Shown one piece after another: positions 18,836 through 28,138 of a stretch of 64,000 nt of DNA. The stretch's first letter is position 1; every line of letters starts with the position of its first letter. Origin of the DNA: a virus; the IMG/VR virus record IMGVR_UViG_3300024346_000011. One strand, written 5' to 3'. A program made the translations under genes and the position numbers. A model generated the notes under the pieces. It made no database searches. It saw only the letters and a program-made list of their open reading frames with translations, and had not been told where the DNA came from.

Positions 18836-20035
18836 TTAAAATAATGATGTTGAATAAATTAAGTTTCTGTTTAGTGTTTGTAATCCAACTGCAACCAGAA
18901 CTCGATTCAATGGATCAATAACACTCTTTTCAAATTGAGTTTCATAATCGATTTCAGGTGCAATTTCGTATGGGTGATCGCCTGGCATATATGCAAACAT
19001 ATCACTAAGTGCATGCTTACAATGATACAACTTCAATTTCTCTCCGTTACCAATCATCTTATATTTGTTTTTATATTTAGGTGATTGATTCATTAAGTAA
19101 TTGTAGAATCCAGCCGCCTTCACGTTAGGAGGACATTTAGATCCAATCTGGAATTCAATTGTATCGTCAACAATATATTTTTCAATATTGTTTGTACGTT
19201 TATTAAACGAGATCTGATCGATATCTGCAAGCACGAATTCTTTCTTACCTTTCTTTAGATAATCAACCAGTTTTTTAAGAAGAGAAGCTGTTGGTTTTTC
19301 AGATAAAACAATCTTAATAGCTTCGGTCAAGTGTTTACGTGCAAGAGCTGGTGTTGAAGATTGAATAGTATCAAATCCAATTGTTTTAATCTTTTTAAGG
19401 GTTGGATATCGGTCATCAATATCTAATTTATCTTCCCATGCAATGTTTTGCAAATACTTTTTCTTTGCCAACCAGATTCCAGAGTATGCGATTGTTTCCA
19501 ATTCAAATACTAAGAAGTTATCCGTATTCATTACTTGAGCATACTTCTCCATTGCTTTTACAATATATTCATTCAATCTGAATTTGTAAAGCTTCATAAT
19601 GAATTGGTCAATTGACATTGATTCTCCGAGCCATTGAATAGATTCATACATTTCTTCAAACTGAACGTAACATGAATCTGTATCAATGTAAACAACTGCT
19701 GGTTTTACAGGAGCTTTAGAGACTTTAATGTTAAAATATTCATGCACTTGAGTATCTTTAATCCAGAAGTCTTGAAAATATTTGTTTAAGATCTTCTCAG
19801 AATAGAGAATAGCGCTTTGACCTTGAAGGGTAATTGATTCAGCAATATTAATATTAAAGAAATGGAACCACTTGTTACCGAATGCACCATAGATCGAGTT
19901 CAATGTAACTTTAACTGCTTGTTCATAAGCAGTATATTTGGCACTCATAGTTTCATAATAATCTATGAGTGCCTTCATTTCTTGAGCCGTTAATTCTTCT
20001 TCCGGCTTATTAATTAATTGTTGAATATCTGTCAT
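18836..20035 (-). CDS. gp43: Family B DNA polymerase, C-terminal subunit (motifs B and C, thumb)
   Basis: KVTLNSIYGAFG (motif B), AESITLQGQ, YIDTDS (motif C), AKKKY; start taken at ATG 20035. Confidence 0.9.
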   Translation of the reverse strand: MTDIQQLINKPEEELTAQEMKALIDYYETMSAKYTAYEQAVKVTLNSIYGAFGNKWFHFFNINIAESITLQGQSAILYSEKILNKYFQDFWIKDTQVHEYFNIKVSKAPVKPAVVYIDTDSCYVQFEEMYESIQWLGESMSIDQFIMKLYKFRLNEYIVKAMEKYAQVMNTDNFLVFELETIAYSGIWLAKKKYLQNIAWEDKLDIDDRYPTLKKIKTIGFDTIQSSTPALARKHLTEAIKIVLSEKPTASLLKKLVDYLKKGKKEFVLADIDQISFNKRTNNIEKYIVDDTIEFQIGSKCPPNVKAAGFYNYLMNQSPKYKNKYKMIGNGEKLKLYHCKHALSDMFAYMPGDHPYEIAPEIDYETQFEKSVIDPLNRVLVAVGLQTLNRNLIYSTSLF

Positions 20036-20036
20036 A

Positions 20037-20789
20037 TTATTCAGCTGTTTCGCAAGTTGCAATCGTTAGTAATGTTTCTGAGTCTAGTGAACGCAGAACT
20101 ACTCGATTTGCCAACACGTGAGCTGTATAATCTTCTTTATCAAGAAGGTTCAAGTATTTTTTGAATAGTGTAACTTTGGTTCCTTGTTGTCCATCATAAT
20201 CTGGAGTAACCAACATGTTGTAAGTAGAACCTGTCAACTTAACACCTTTACCATTTGCTTCGATTGAGAATGTTTCTTCTTTATCCAAACCAAAGAGTGA
20301 TTTAACCTTAGTAATGGTTGTGAAATCCATGTCGAATTTGCAAGATGCTCCGTCAGTATTGAAGATACCTTGGATTTGAGTGTCTGTCAAATCTTTGTAA
20401 CCCAATGAAGGATCTGAACATGCCAATGTAATTTCCAATTCGTCATTGAAGATGCGGAATGTAGTTGCTACGAAATCTTCTTCATTCTCAATAAATGAAA
20501 TTTCTGCTTGAATTGAATCATACTCAAATTGCTTAAAAGCTTCTGTCAATTTAGAAGCATCAAAGAAAGCAACTTTAAGTTCTTTTGTTACCTCTGTCAT
20601 GTTTTCAATTTGAAAAACTTGAGTAAGAGGAATTCGGTGGTGCTTTACGGCATCACGCTGTGGAAGATAAGCCGAAGAGATAACAATACCGTCTTTGATC
20701 TTAAAATACACAAATGAATCGATCAATTTAAGACGATTCACAAAACCAATAAAATTATTTTGGTCTACTTTGTTGATTGTAATATTCAT
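20037..20789 (-). CDS. gp45: Sliding clamp (gp45-like)
   Basis: 250 aa with two alpha/beta repeats and an SDPS interdomain motif; adjacent to polymerase; clamp loader present in the window. Confidence 0.6.
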   Translation of the reverse strand: MNITINKVDQNNFIGFVNRLKLIDSFVYFKIKDGIVISSAYLPQRDAVKHHRIPLTQVFQIENMTEVTKELKVAFFDASKLTEAFKQFEYDSIQAEISFIENEEDFVATTFRIFNDELEITLACSDPSLGYKDLTDTQIQGIFNTDGASCKFDMDFTTITKVKSLFGLDKEETFSIEANGKGVKLTGSTYNMLVTPDYDGQQGTKVTLFKKYLNLLDKEDYTAHVLANRVVLRSLDSETLLTIATCETAE

Positions 20790-20814
20790 ACACTTATTAA
20801 TTAAACATTTAGGT

Positions 20815-20843
20815 ATTATAACGTGATATGAATAAAAGTTTCA
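20815..20843 (-). promoter_or_regulatory. Putative middle promoter TGAAAC-N17-TATAAT
   Basis: TGAAAC TTTTATTCATATCACGT TATAAT upstream of clamp/pol-C/uvsX. Confidence 0.7.
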
Positions 20844-20919
20844 AAAAGAAAAAGCCAGCTGGGGAGAGCTGGCTTAACACCTCTTTCTAGGAGGCGGTTG
20901 ATTTAGTATAACAACCTAT
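20843..20919 (-). ncRNA. Candidate ~77-nt late small RNA with three hairpins
   Basis: GATATATA at 20924..20931, then GGTTG/CAACC, GCCTC/GAGGT and AAGCCAGCT-CTCCCC-AGCTGGCTT plus T tract; no ATG-initiated ORF. Confidence 0.5.
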
Positions 20920-20932
20920 GTTGTATATATCC

Positions 20933-21020
20933 AAAAAAAGTGAAGCCGGGAGTAGCGAATCCCCCGGCCTCTTTCCGTTACCAGTGAACGGTCCTAAGAG
21001 TGGCCATCACAGCCACACCT
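20933..21020 (-). terminator. Structured nrdA 3' region ending in a rho-independent terminator
   Basis: GTGGCT/GGCCAC hairpin; CTCTT..CCGTT/AACGG..AAGAG stem; GAGGCCGGGGG-loop-CTCCCGGCTTC then ACTTTTTTT. Confidence 0.7.
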
Positions 21021-21023
21021 TCT

Positions 21024-22808
21024 TTATCCGTCGCAGCTTAAGCAATCTGGATCCATTGCTCTCGCAGCAATATCTCCTCTTAATACTGACTCGGTTCTCA
21101 TATAATAGAGAGTTTTAATCCCTAATTCATACGCTTCTAAGTGAACTTGGTTAATGAATTTTGGTTCTGCCTCCTTTGGGAAAGCCAAATTCAATGAAAC
21201 TGCTTGATCAACATATTGTTGTCTAACACCAGCTTGACGAACCAATTCCATTTGATTAATTTCTTTAAATGTTTTAAATACATCTTTTACCCAATCAATC
21301 TCTTTATTATCAATTGAAGATTGCGGAATATCTTTAATGTTTAATAATTTACCATTAACATATCCCCAATTATCTAATTCATTGACATCTTGTACTGATC
21401 CTCCGTCTTCAAGAATTTTATCCCAAGTTGCTTTATTATTAATTCCAATCTTCTTGAATACTTTTTCCAATTCTGGATTTTTACGAATGAATGTACCTTT
21501 TGCAGTTTGCTCTGTAAAGATATTAGCCGCCCATGGCTCAATACCTGGAGAAACGTTACCTGCCAATTTAGAATTTGATACTGTTGGTGCAATAGCTCTT
21601 AAGTGAGTGTTTCGCATTCCAGTTCCTACACACCATAGTGGTTCTCCCATTTCTTTTGCCATATCGCGAGAAGCTCTTTCAGATTCAATCTTAATTTGTG
21701 AAAAGATCTTACGGGTTTCAAACTGAGCTGGCAAAGAATCAAATATAATTCCACGTTCTTGTAAATATGTGTGCCATCCTAGAACTCCAAGTCCAAGTGC
21801 TCTTCCTTTTTCAGCTGAACGTACTGAGTTCTCAAATCCACGCATATATTTTGCACGTTGGATAAATTCCTCCAATACTCCGTCAAGGAACCAAGTTGCT
21901 GTGTAAATAAGATCAGTATCTTTCCATTCATCGTACTTTGCTAAATTCACAGAAGAAAGACAGCATACAAATGAGTGGTTCTCATCTGTATGAAGGGCAA
22001 TTTCAGAGCAAATGTTTGTCATATAAACTTTCAGCCCGTTCTGCTTATACGCATCTGGATTTGCTCTGTTAATATTACCCTTAAATACGATATAAGGTTC
22101 ACCAGTTGCTCTACGCTTTCTAAGTACTGCAGCCCAACGCTTACGTGCCTCTTTATCACCATCTTTAACTTTTTGCATGAAGCCATCAGAAACAATAATT
22201 GATTGGTGCATATTCAAGGATTGACGGTTAACATCACCCTTTGGTTCGCGAATCTCTAACCATTCCCAGAAATCACCATGCTCAATATCAATGTTTACTG
22301 AAGCTGCTCCTCTACGAACTGAACCTTGGTTGGTGGCCAAAATTGATGAGTCGTAAATTTTAATGAATGGAACTACACCATCAGAAGTTCCATTTTGATT
22401 AATTTTAGCACCAGCAGGACGGATCATATTTACCCCAATACCTACGCCGCCGCCGTGCTTTGCCAATAACATCAATTCGCGGTTCTTTGTTCCAATTTCA
22501 TCAATTGAATCGCCTACATCAATACCAAAACATGAGATTGGCAAGCCTCTTTCAGTTCCAGTATTTGAAAGAACTGGTGTTGCTAAATTTAACCAGCCTT
22601 TCCAGATATAATCAAAGAATTTTGATGCCATTTCTGGCTTTTGTAATCTTTTTGCAACTGTTGTCGCTACTCTCCAGTATGCATCTTTTGGAGTTTCCCC
22701 CTTTAATAAGTATCCCTTAGAGACTGTTTTAACATAGGTTTCTGTATTTCCCCAGATAGGAAAATCGACACCAAGTTCCCAGCCTAACTGTTCTCCATGA
22801 TTCGTCAT
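21024..22808 (-). CDS. nrdA: Ribonucleotide reductase class I alpha subunit, short form without ATP cone
   Basis: ATPVLSN, PISCF, GGGVG, RRGA, TNICSEI, CCLSS, IAPT, KTLYY, C-terminal CLSC. Confidence 0.96.
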   Translation of the reverse strand: MTNHGEQLGWELGVDFPIWGNTETYVKTVSKGYLLKGETPKDAYWRVATTVAKRLQKPEMASKFFDYIWKGWLNLATPVLSNTGTERGLPISCFGIDVGDSIDEIGTKNRELMLLAKHGGGVGIGVNMIRPAGAKINQNGTSDGVVPFIKIYDSSILATNQGSVRRGAASVNIDIEHGDFWEWLEIREPKGDVNRQSLNMHQSIIVSDGFMQKVKDGDKEARKRWAAVLRKRRATGEPYIVFKGNINRANPDAYKQNGLKVYMTNICSEIALHTDENHSFVCCLSSVNLAKYDEWKDTDLIYTATWFLDGVLEEFIQRAKYMRGFENSVRSAEKGRALGLGVLGWHTYLQERGIIFDSLPAQFETRKIFSQIKIESERASRDMAKEMGEPLWCVGTGMRNTHLRAIAPTVSNSKLAGNVSPGIEPWAANIFTEQTAKGTFIRKNPELEKVFKKIGINNKATWDKILEDGGSVQDVNELDNWGYVNGKLLNIKDIPQSSIDNKEIDWVKDVFKTFKEINQMELVRQAGVRQQYVDQAVSLNLAFPKEAEPKFINQVHLEAYELGIKTLYYMRTESVLRGDIAARAMDPDCLSCDG

Positions 22809-22826
22809 ATAACTCTTAATTTTTAA

Positions 22827-23843
22827 TTAACTAAATAAATCGTCTTCATCCCAGTTTTCACCTTCACCCGCTTTAGAATAATCTGTAGGTCTTACTGCAA
22901 AGAAGTCAGTGTGGGTGTGACCGCCTGTTAAGTGATAGAACCAATCCAATTCTGATGCCATTTTGTCATCAAATTTAAATGCTGGTTCGTAACCTAACTC
23001 AGCAAGTTTTTCATTAGCTCTCTTCTTAATAAATTCTTTTAAGTCGGCTGCTTTTAAATTCTCAAGGTCTCCCATTTCAAACATCTTATCGATGAATTTG
23101 AATTCCATTTCAACCATTAATTCTGCGGCTTCATATATATGCGAGCGTGCTTGGGCATGCAATTCTGGATATTCAGAAACCATGTGACGAAACAATTGAC
23201 ATCCCATTTTAGAGTGGAGTGATTCGTCACGAACTGACCATTTCATTTGTTGACCAATGCCCTTTAAAAGGTTACGCATTTGGAATGAATATAAAACAGC
23301 AAATGATGAATATAGTGAAACACCTTCAGCGAATGCTGAAAAAATAGCTAGTGATTTTGCAACATCTTTTCTTGCTTCGGCATAAAGGGCCAAATCTGCA
23401 TGTGAGTAATCATTTTCTACGCCAACAAGATATTCAAACTTTTCTGCAATTGAAGGTTCGTGTAAAAACGCTGAAAAATCTTCAAGACCTAATGTCTCGT
23501 TTAAATATGAATATGCTGTTGCGTGAATAGTTTCTTGAGAACCAAAGGCCATGGCCATTTGCTTAATCTCATGTTTTGGAAACCAATGTGTAACCATACC
23601 AGTCCAATAGTCTGAAACTGCGCATTCAGTTTGTGCAAATCCTAATAAAATGTTACCGACTAAATTCTTTTCTGACTCGTTTAAGTTTTCGTTCCAATCC
23701 TTAACATCTCCTTGCATTGAGATCTCAGTATGCAACCAAAACGCCTGCATTTGTTTTAACCATCCTTCCGTATAATATTCCGGATATTCGAATGGTTTGT
23801 ATTCTACTCTTTCTTTAAATAATTTAGAATTTAATTTTTCCAT
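22827..23843 (-). CDS. nrdB: Ribonucleotide reductase class I beta subunit
   Basis: FW...EI, ETIHATAYS, EGVSLYSSF, RDESLH, TDFFA...DY. Confidence 0.96.
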   Translation of the reverse strand: MEKLNSKLFKERVEYKPFEYPEYYTEGWLKQMQAFWLHTEISMQGDVKDWNENLNESEKNLVGNILLGFAQTECAVSDYWTGMVTHWFPKHEIKQMAMAFGSQETIHATAYSYLNETLGLEDFSAFLHEPSIAEKFEYLVGVENDYSHADLALYAEARKDVAKSLAIFSAFAEGVSLYSSFAVLYSFQMRNLLKGIGQQMKWSVRDESLHSKMGCQLFRHMVSEYPELHAQARSHIYEAAELMVEMEFKFIDKMFEMGDLENLKAADLKEFIKKRANEKLAELGYEPAFKFDDKMASELDWFYHLTGGHTHTDFFAVRPTDYSKAGEGENWDEDDLFS

Positions 23844-23877
23844 TTTTTCAATTATTCTATAATTTCAGTTAAGACTT

Positions 23878-23903
23878 AAAAAGGCCTTCTGTTAAGAGGC
23901 CTT
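23878..23903 (-). terminator. Possible terminator/attenuator hairpin between pol-N and nrdB
   Basis: AAGGCCT-CTTAACAGA-AGGCCTT followed by TTT. Confidence 0.45.
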
Positions 23904-23964
23904 ACTAATATAATAAATATATAGTCTATATATTTTGGTATTAGTTTTGGCAAGCATTTTTAGG

Positions 23965-25371
23965 CTAAGATATTAACTTAATCTTTTTCTTCAAATGATC
24001 TGCTTTACTGAAATAATCATACGATATTTTCTTATATTGTTTCCTCTGGTCGTACAGATCTGACAATATTTTTTTTAAGATTGAATCTTCTTTTTTGTAC
24101 ACTACACCATTATCGCATACAATTACATCTTTATCTTTTCGACGTTCTTTTATTTGATCTCCAAATACTTGTTCAACATAAGCATCTGGTGAAATATTAA
24201 ATTGTCGCATGATTGAGGGGTATAGAGATGCAAAGTCAAATGCTGTAACACCTTCATAAAATCCAACGTTTGGTTCTTTAACAAATGCTCCTACATATTG
24301 TCCATCTTTTTGGCCATCTTCGCGTTGTTCTGACGCAATTCTCATGTTTTGTTCTGCCAATTTTCTAGCCATAAGGGCTTCAGTAACTGCCACTGGCGAA
24401 CTAGCTTTATAGAGTGGCATTTTCGTAATGTTTGCAAGCGTCATAATTACTTCCATTGATTTAAGTTTTTGGTCAATATAATAAACCAACACAGAGTCAA
24501 CTACGTTGTAATAAACATACTTAGTAAAGTTGTCTCTATAGAGATCCTGGAGTGATCCTGTGTATTTAATCTTATTTAGATTAAGAACTTGTCCAGAAAC
24601 ATAATCAAGTGAATTAGACTCTTTTACTTTAACTGTGCGATCATACTTATCATACAACTGCATGTAATCGAGAATACCCATGTGGAGTGGACGGCTATCT
24701 GTTTTGTCCAAGCTTTGGGTCATGCTTGCATCAGAAATATCAATCTGTAGGCGTTTGCAACGGTTAACAATATATTGCCAGTCATAGTTGATAAAGTTCC
24801 ATCCTGTCATCATTGGAAATTTAGGCATAAACTTCATTAAGAAAGTGTATACCATATCATATTCACTCTTAAACTTGTGATATTTAAATTCCCAATCCGT
24901 ATTTAATGATTTAAAATACTCATTAGTATCGTCTTCAATCTTTTTAATCTGATCCGCCGAAAGATCTTCTAATCCAAGAACAATTGCCTTACGCTCTGGG
25001 GTAATAATTGAAAAGGTTAAGATGCGTGATTTAGCTTCTTCAGCTTTAGGAAAACCATCAACAATCTCAGTCTCAATATCGACAAAGTATGTACGTGGCA
25101 TATTGTACGCTAAGATCTCTTCACGATCACGCTCTGGTAAACCATCAATGAAATATACTAGTGAGAATTTATTAAAGTTACGAGCAGGACCTAATTTAAT
25201 AGGCCTGCCGTCCCAATTGCGGTATTGATGACTAACACCGCGCTCTTTAGCATCGCAAATATACCAATTTTTAAATTGATCAATTGGGTATTGTTTAAAT
25301 GCGACATTTCCTTCTTTGTCATAGTATGAAACTATAACATCCTTATCTCGTTGTTCAATATCTAGAATCAT
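23965..25371 (-). CDS. gp43: Family B DNA polymerase, N-terminal subunit (3'-5' exonuclease and motif A)
   Basis: DIET (ExoI), TGWNFINYDW (ExoII), YNVVD (ExoIII), YVGAFVKEP, FDFASLYPSIM (motif A); ends in the first fingers helix. Confidence 0.92.
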   Translation of the reverse strand: MILDIEQRDKDVIVSYYDKEGNVAFKQYPIDQFKNWYICDAKERGVSHQYRNWDGRPIKLGPARNFNKFSLVYFIDGLPERDREEILAYNMPRTYFVDIETEIVDGFPKAEEAKSRILTFSIITPERKAIVLGLEDLSADQIKKIEDDTNEYFKSLNTDWEFKYHKFKSEYDMVYTFLMKFMPKFPMMTGWNFINYDWQYIVNRCKRLQIDISDASMTQSLDKTDSRPLHMGILDYMQLYDKYDRTVKVKESNSLDYVSGQVLNLNKIKYTGSLQDLYRDNFTKYVYYNVVDSVLVYYIDQKLKSMEVIMTLANITKMPLYKASSPVAVTEALMARKLAEQNMRIASEQREDGQKDGQYVGAFVKEPNVGFYEGVTAFDFASLYPSIMRQFNISPDAYVEQVFGDQIKERRKDKDVIVCDNGVVYKKEDSILKKILSDLYDQRKQYKKISYDYFSKADHLKKKIKLIS

Positions 25372-25835
25372 TAATATCCTCGGTTTTGACGGTCATGATT
25401 CTCTGCGTTCTTTGCCATATATAGATTAACAATATCTTTACTGGTCATACCGATTGAAATTGCAAAGTTCATATAGAAATGCAATCCATCAATCCATTCA
25501 TAGTACAATTCTAAACGATCCTCTTCTGAAAGATCAGCAATTGTCATATCAGCTGCTTTTACATTGTCTTTTTTCCAGTATTTCCAAGCTGCAGAGGCAA
25601 TACCATCATTAATACCACCAAGTGCGTCAAACATTTCATTTAATTCGTCTGACATTGCATGTTTATTAACCATCCAAAAATCAGCGATCTGCTTCAATGT
25701 CCAACCTGTGAAATCAAATCCTAAACGTTCTTGTAATTCTTTTTGTTTGTTGTAAACTAGACCAAGGGTGTCCTCGACACCGGTGTAGAAATCTTCTACA
25801 TTAAGGTCTGCGCATTTGTTATCTGAGTTTGCCAT
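25371..25835 (-). CDS. Dimeric all-alpha dUTPase/dCTPase (gp56-like)
   Basis: DELNEM, EWIDGLHF, YMAKNAENHDRQNRGY C-terminus. Confidence 0.8.
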   Translation of the reverse strand: MANSDNKCADLNVEDFYTGVEDTLGLVYNKQKELQERLGFDFTGWTLKQIADFWMVNKHAMSDELNEMFDALGGINDGIASAAWKYWKKDNVKAADMTIADLSEEDRLELYYEWIDGLHFYMNFAISIGMTSKDIVNLYMAKNAENHDRQNRGY

Positions 25836-25838
25836 AAT

Positions 25839-26033
25839 TTAATATTTATTACCTATTCTTTGATATGCGTCAGCTAGTAAAAGCTGAGCATCTTCTATTA
25901 ATCTTCTTTCTTCTGTTTCTAATTTAAAAACTGGATGTTGTATCAAGTGATCGTCAATCATACATGTTATAATATGCAATCGATCCAAAGCTTCATGGTA
26001 GTGAAAATTATCAAGCTTTGGTTTATCGGCCAT
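25839..26033 (-). CDS. Small hypothetical protein
   Basis: MADKPKLDNFHYHEALDRLH...; tight operon packing. Confidence 0.6.
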   Translation of the reverse strand: MADKPKLDNFHYHEALDRLHIITCMIDDHLIQHPVFKLETEERRLIEDAQLLLADAYQRIGNKY

Positions 26034-26298
26034 TATTTTCATTGATATAGTTTTCCAATCCTTGAATATATGCTACTGCATCGAGTAGATTATCTCGCTT
26101 ATGATTATAACTTTCACGTGAAAACTTAAGAGCAACAAGAGCCATAAACATTTCACGCCCAGTTACATTAAGACCGGTCATTCCATTAAAAATCATAGCA
26201 GCTCGATCCATGCCTTCTGAAAAAGGACCATACGCTCGATCTTTTTCTTCGCTACGATTATTTACAATTTCATTTGCTTCTTCAAGTATACTTTTCAT
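26023..26298 (-). CDS. DUF6378-like protein (putative nucleotide pyrophosphatase fold)
   Basis: ILEEA..IV...R.YG, MVALK.SR, DNLLDAVAY pattern. Confidence 0.6.
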   Translation of the reverse strand: MKSILEEANEIVNNRSEEKDRAYGPFSEGMDRAAMIFNGMTGLNVTGREMFMALVALKFSRESYNHKRDNLLDAVAYIQGLENYINENNGR

Positions 26299-26314
26299 TG
26301 TAGAGATTTTACTT

Positions 26315-26343
26315 ATTATATATGCTTTTCTATTTTTGTTTAG
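26315..26343 (-). promoter_or_regulatory. Putative middle promoter CTAAAC-N17-TATAAT
   Basis: Same spacing; upstream of DUF6378-like/dUTPase/pol-N genes. Confidence 0.55.
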
Positions 26344-26602
26344 TAAATTGTGGGCCGCGAGTTTTATCTCTTAATGGGGTTGTTTCGTCTACCCATTCTT
26401 CGCGGCCAACAGAAACTCCCATAATCTTAACGAATTTAGCGCCATTATTAACTGCAATAATCTCAGTCTTTTGAATAGCATGCTGAATATCTGTTGCCAT
26501 TACACAGCATACAAAATCTTGAGGCTTAGAACTACGCTCAAAAAAGCGTTCATCTTCGTATGGTAAATAATATACAACGTATGGTTTACTGTTCGATTCC
26601 AT
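26330..26602 (-). CDS. Hypothetical protein
   Basis: ORF 26330..26632 with likely start ATG 26602 (MESNSKPY). Confidence 0.55.
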   Translation of the reverse strand: MESNSKPYVVYYLPYEDERFFERSSKPQDFVCCVMATDIQHAIQKTEIIAVNNGAKFVKIMGVSVGREEWVDETTPLRDKTRGPQFTKQK

Positions 26603-27182
26603 AAGCATTCCAAATTTTATAACGTTTAACAACTTGCTCCCAAATTGGAAAATACTGTCGGTGTTCGCGACGTAAAATATGTCGAGGCTGCTGAGGTTGA
26701 CTTAACGGGAATTTAAGTAGATCATCTTCAGTTGGAATTGAGCGTCCTTGAGAAATAGCCCGAAGAGCATAGTAGAGATGTCTGGTGGTCCCGTCAAAAG
26801 TTTCCATAAATTCTAACACAAATTCCTTATCTAGTGAGAATTCACTCGAGAGGGCTTCTGCCAAATTATTCAAAGTTTCTTGTTCTTTGATTAAATGGCG
26901 CTCCATCATAATGCCAATCCGTTTATTTTTCAACTTACGACGTTCTATGATTCTTTCATCGATAGCTTCTTGACTGGATCGCTTTAATTCTTCTTTAATC
27001 TGCTCACATTCTAATTCAAAGATTCTTTCTTCCAGTTTAGTTTGTTCGCTCAATTGGTCATATTCAAATTCACCCCATTCAATTCGTTGGAGTAACTCGG
27101 AATAGCCTTTCCACTTATTTTCTTTAGGTAACTTTATTGTGGTGTGGAACCTGCGCCACCATGTAAAAACTCTATGACTCAT
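26586..27182 (-). CDS. Hypothetical protein
   Basis: 198-aa ORF coupled to the upstream gene. Confidence 0.65.
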   Translation of the reverse strand: MSHRVFTWWRRFHTTIKLPKENKWKGYSELLQRIEWGEFEYDQLSEQTKLEERIFELECEQIKEELKRSSQEAIDERIIERRKLKNKRIGIMMERHLIKEQETLNNLAEALSSEFSLDKEFVLEFMETFDGTTRHLYYALRAISQGRSIPTEDDLLKFPLSQPQQPRHILRREHRQYFPIWEQVVKRYKIWNAYGIEQ

Positions 27183-27667
27183 TATACGTATTTTTTAAAA
27201 ATGTCAGTAAGATCAATTGCATAATCTTTAAGAGCAAGCTGTCCTTTCTTATCAAACACGGGTTGCTTGCCTTTGCGTTCTTTCAAATTTTCAAGAACAA
27301 TATTAGTCGGATATACTAGTACTGATTCAATTTGACTTTTATCTTCTAAATTAAACCAAATACATGCAATTTTATCAGAAGCTCCTTTATTTTTAAGTGC
27401 TCCAATATCTCGAACTTTAGAAACTGTAGTTTTAACTTCAATCTTTTCTCCAGTCTCTTCACATCTAATGTCCCAACCCTTGGTTGAAGCAACTTCAACT
27501 ACATATTTACGGCCAGTATATTCAGTCATCACATCAGCCATAATATCCTCAGATAACTGTGGAATTGTTTTCATATTGGTTGACCATCCACGTAAACGAC
27601 CTTGGTCCTCAATGTATTGAACAAGTTTGAGTAGGTCTGCGTTGGTTGCTTTTTTAGGAAGATTCAT
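27182..27667 (-). CDS. PD-(D/E)xK nuclease-like protein
   Basis: E...GWDI.....KIEVKT motif arrangement. Confidence 0.5.
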   Translation of the reverse strand: MNLPKKATNADLLKLVQYIEDQGRLRGWSTNMKTIPQLSEDIMADVMTEYTGRKYVVEVASTKGWDIRCEETGEKIEVKTTVSKVRDIGALKNKGASDKIACIWFNLEDKSQIESVLVYPTNIVLENLKERKGKQPVFDKKGQLALKDYAIDLTDIFKKYV

Positions 27668-28044
27668 TAGATGTATAGCATTTCTTCTTGGTTAAACTTA
27701 ACGGCCGCACCAAGATCAAAACCTGAGTTTCTCCAACAAAACTCATTTAAGCCTAAGCGGTGGCGCCGGCCATGATCTTTTCCGTACATTTTATAGGGCT
27801 CTTCAATTGTAACTCCTTTATCTGAGATTTGAATGATTTTACCAAGGTATCGTAGGTTGTAAGAACCATATTCAGCAGTGTCTCCAATGTTGAAGCTTGC
27901 GGTTTCAATACCATTTTCAAGGATTGCAATGTAGCTATTACGCTTCAAGGCTACTTGATATTTGGTAGGCTGCGCTGGATAAACTTTACCATAACGCTTG
28001 AAAGACTTAGTGAAGACTTGTTGGGTTTGGATTGATTCGATCAT
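27667..28044 (-). CDS. Hypothetical protein, possibly early
   Basis: 125 aa; first gene after the hairpin element at 28078..28126. Confidence 0.65.
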   Translation of the reverse strand: MIESIQTQQVFTKSFKRYGKVYPAQPTKYQVALKRNSYIAILENGIETASFNIGDTAEYGSYNLRYLGKIIQISDKGVTIEEPYKMYGKDHGRRHRLGLNEFCWRNSGFDLGAAVKFNQEEMLYI

Positions 28045-28077
28045 TGTGTTTTTGTTTTAGCTTTTAATTATAGTATA

Positions 28078-28126
28078 AATATAATAAAAAAACCCGACAT
28101 AAAAAAATGTCGGGCCAACTTTTTTC
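28078..28126 (-). promoter_or_regulatory. Repeated hairpin terminator/promoter element, copy 1
   Basis: GAAAAAAGTT-GG-CCCGACAT-T6-ATGTCGGG-T7-ATTATATT; colinear with 41198..41246. Confidence 0.6.
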
Positions 28127-28138
28127 AAAAAAGTTTTA

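Noticed and set aside
20843-21020. tRNA or hammerhead ribozyme in the GC-rich intergenic region
   Set aside because: No cloverleaf with T-loop GTTC and acceptor stem; no CUGAnGA/GAAA core in the required arrangement
20036-23964. Intron or intein interrupting the DNA polymerase
   Set aside because: The interval holds complete nrdB, nrdA and clamp genes with their own signals; no intein termini or homing endonuclease seen
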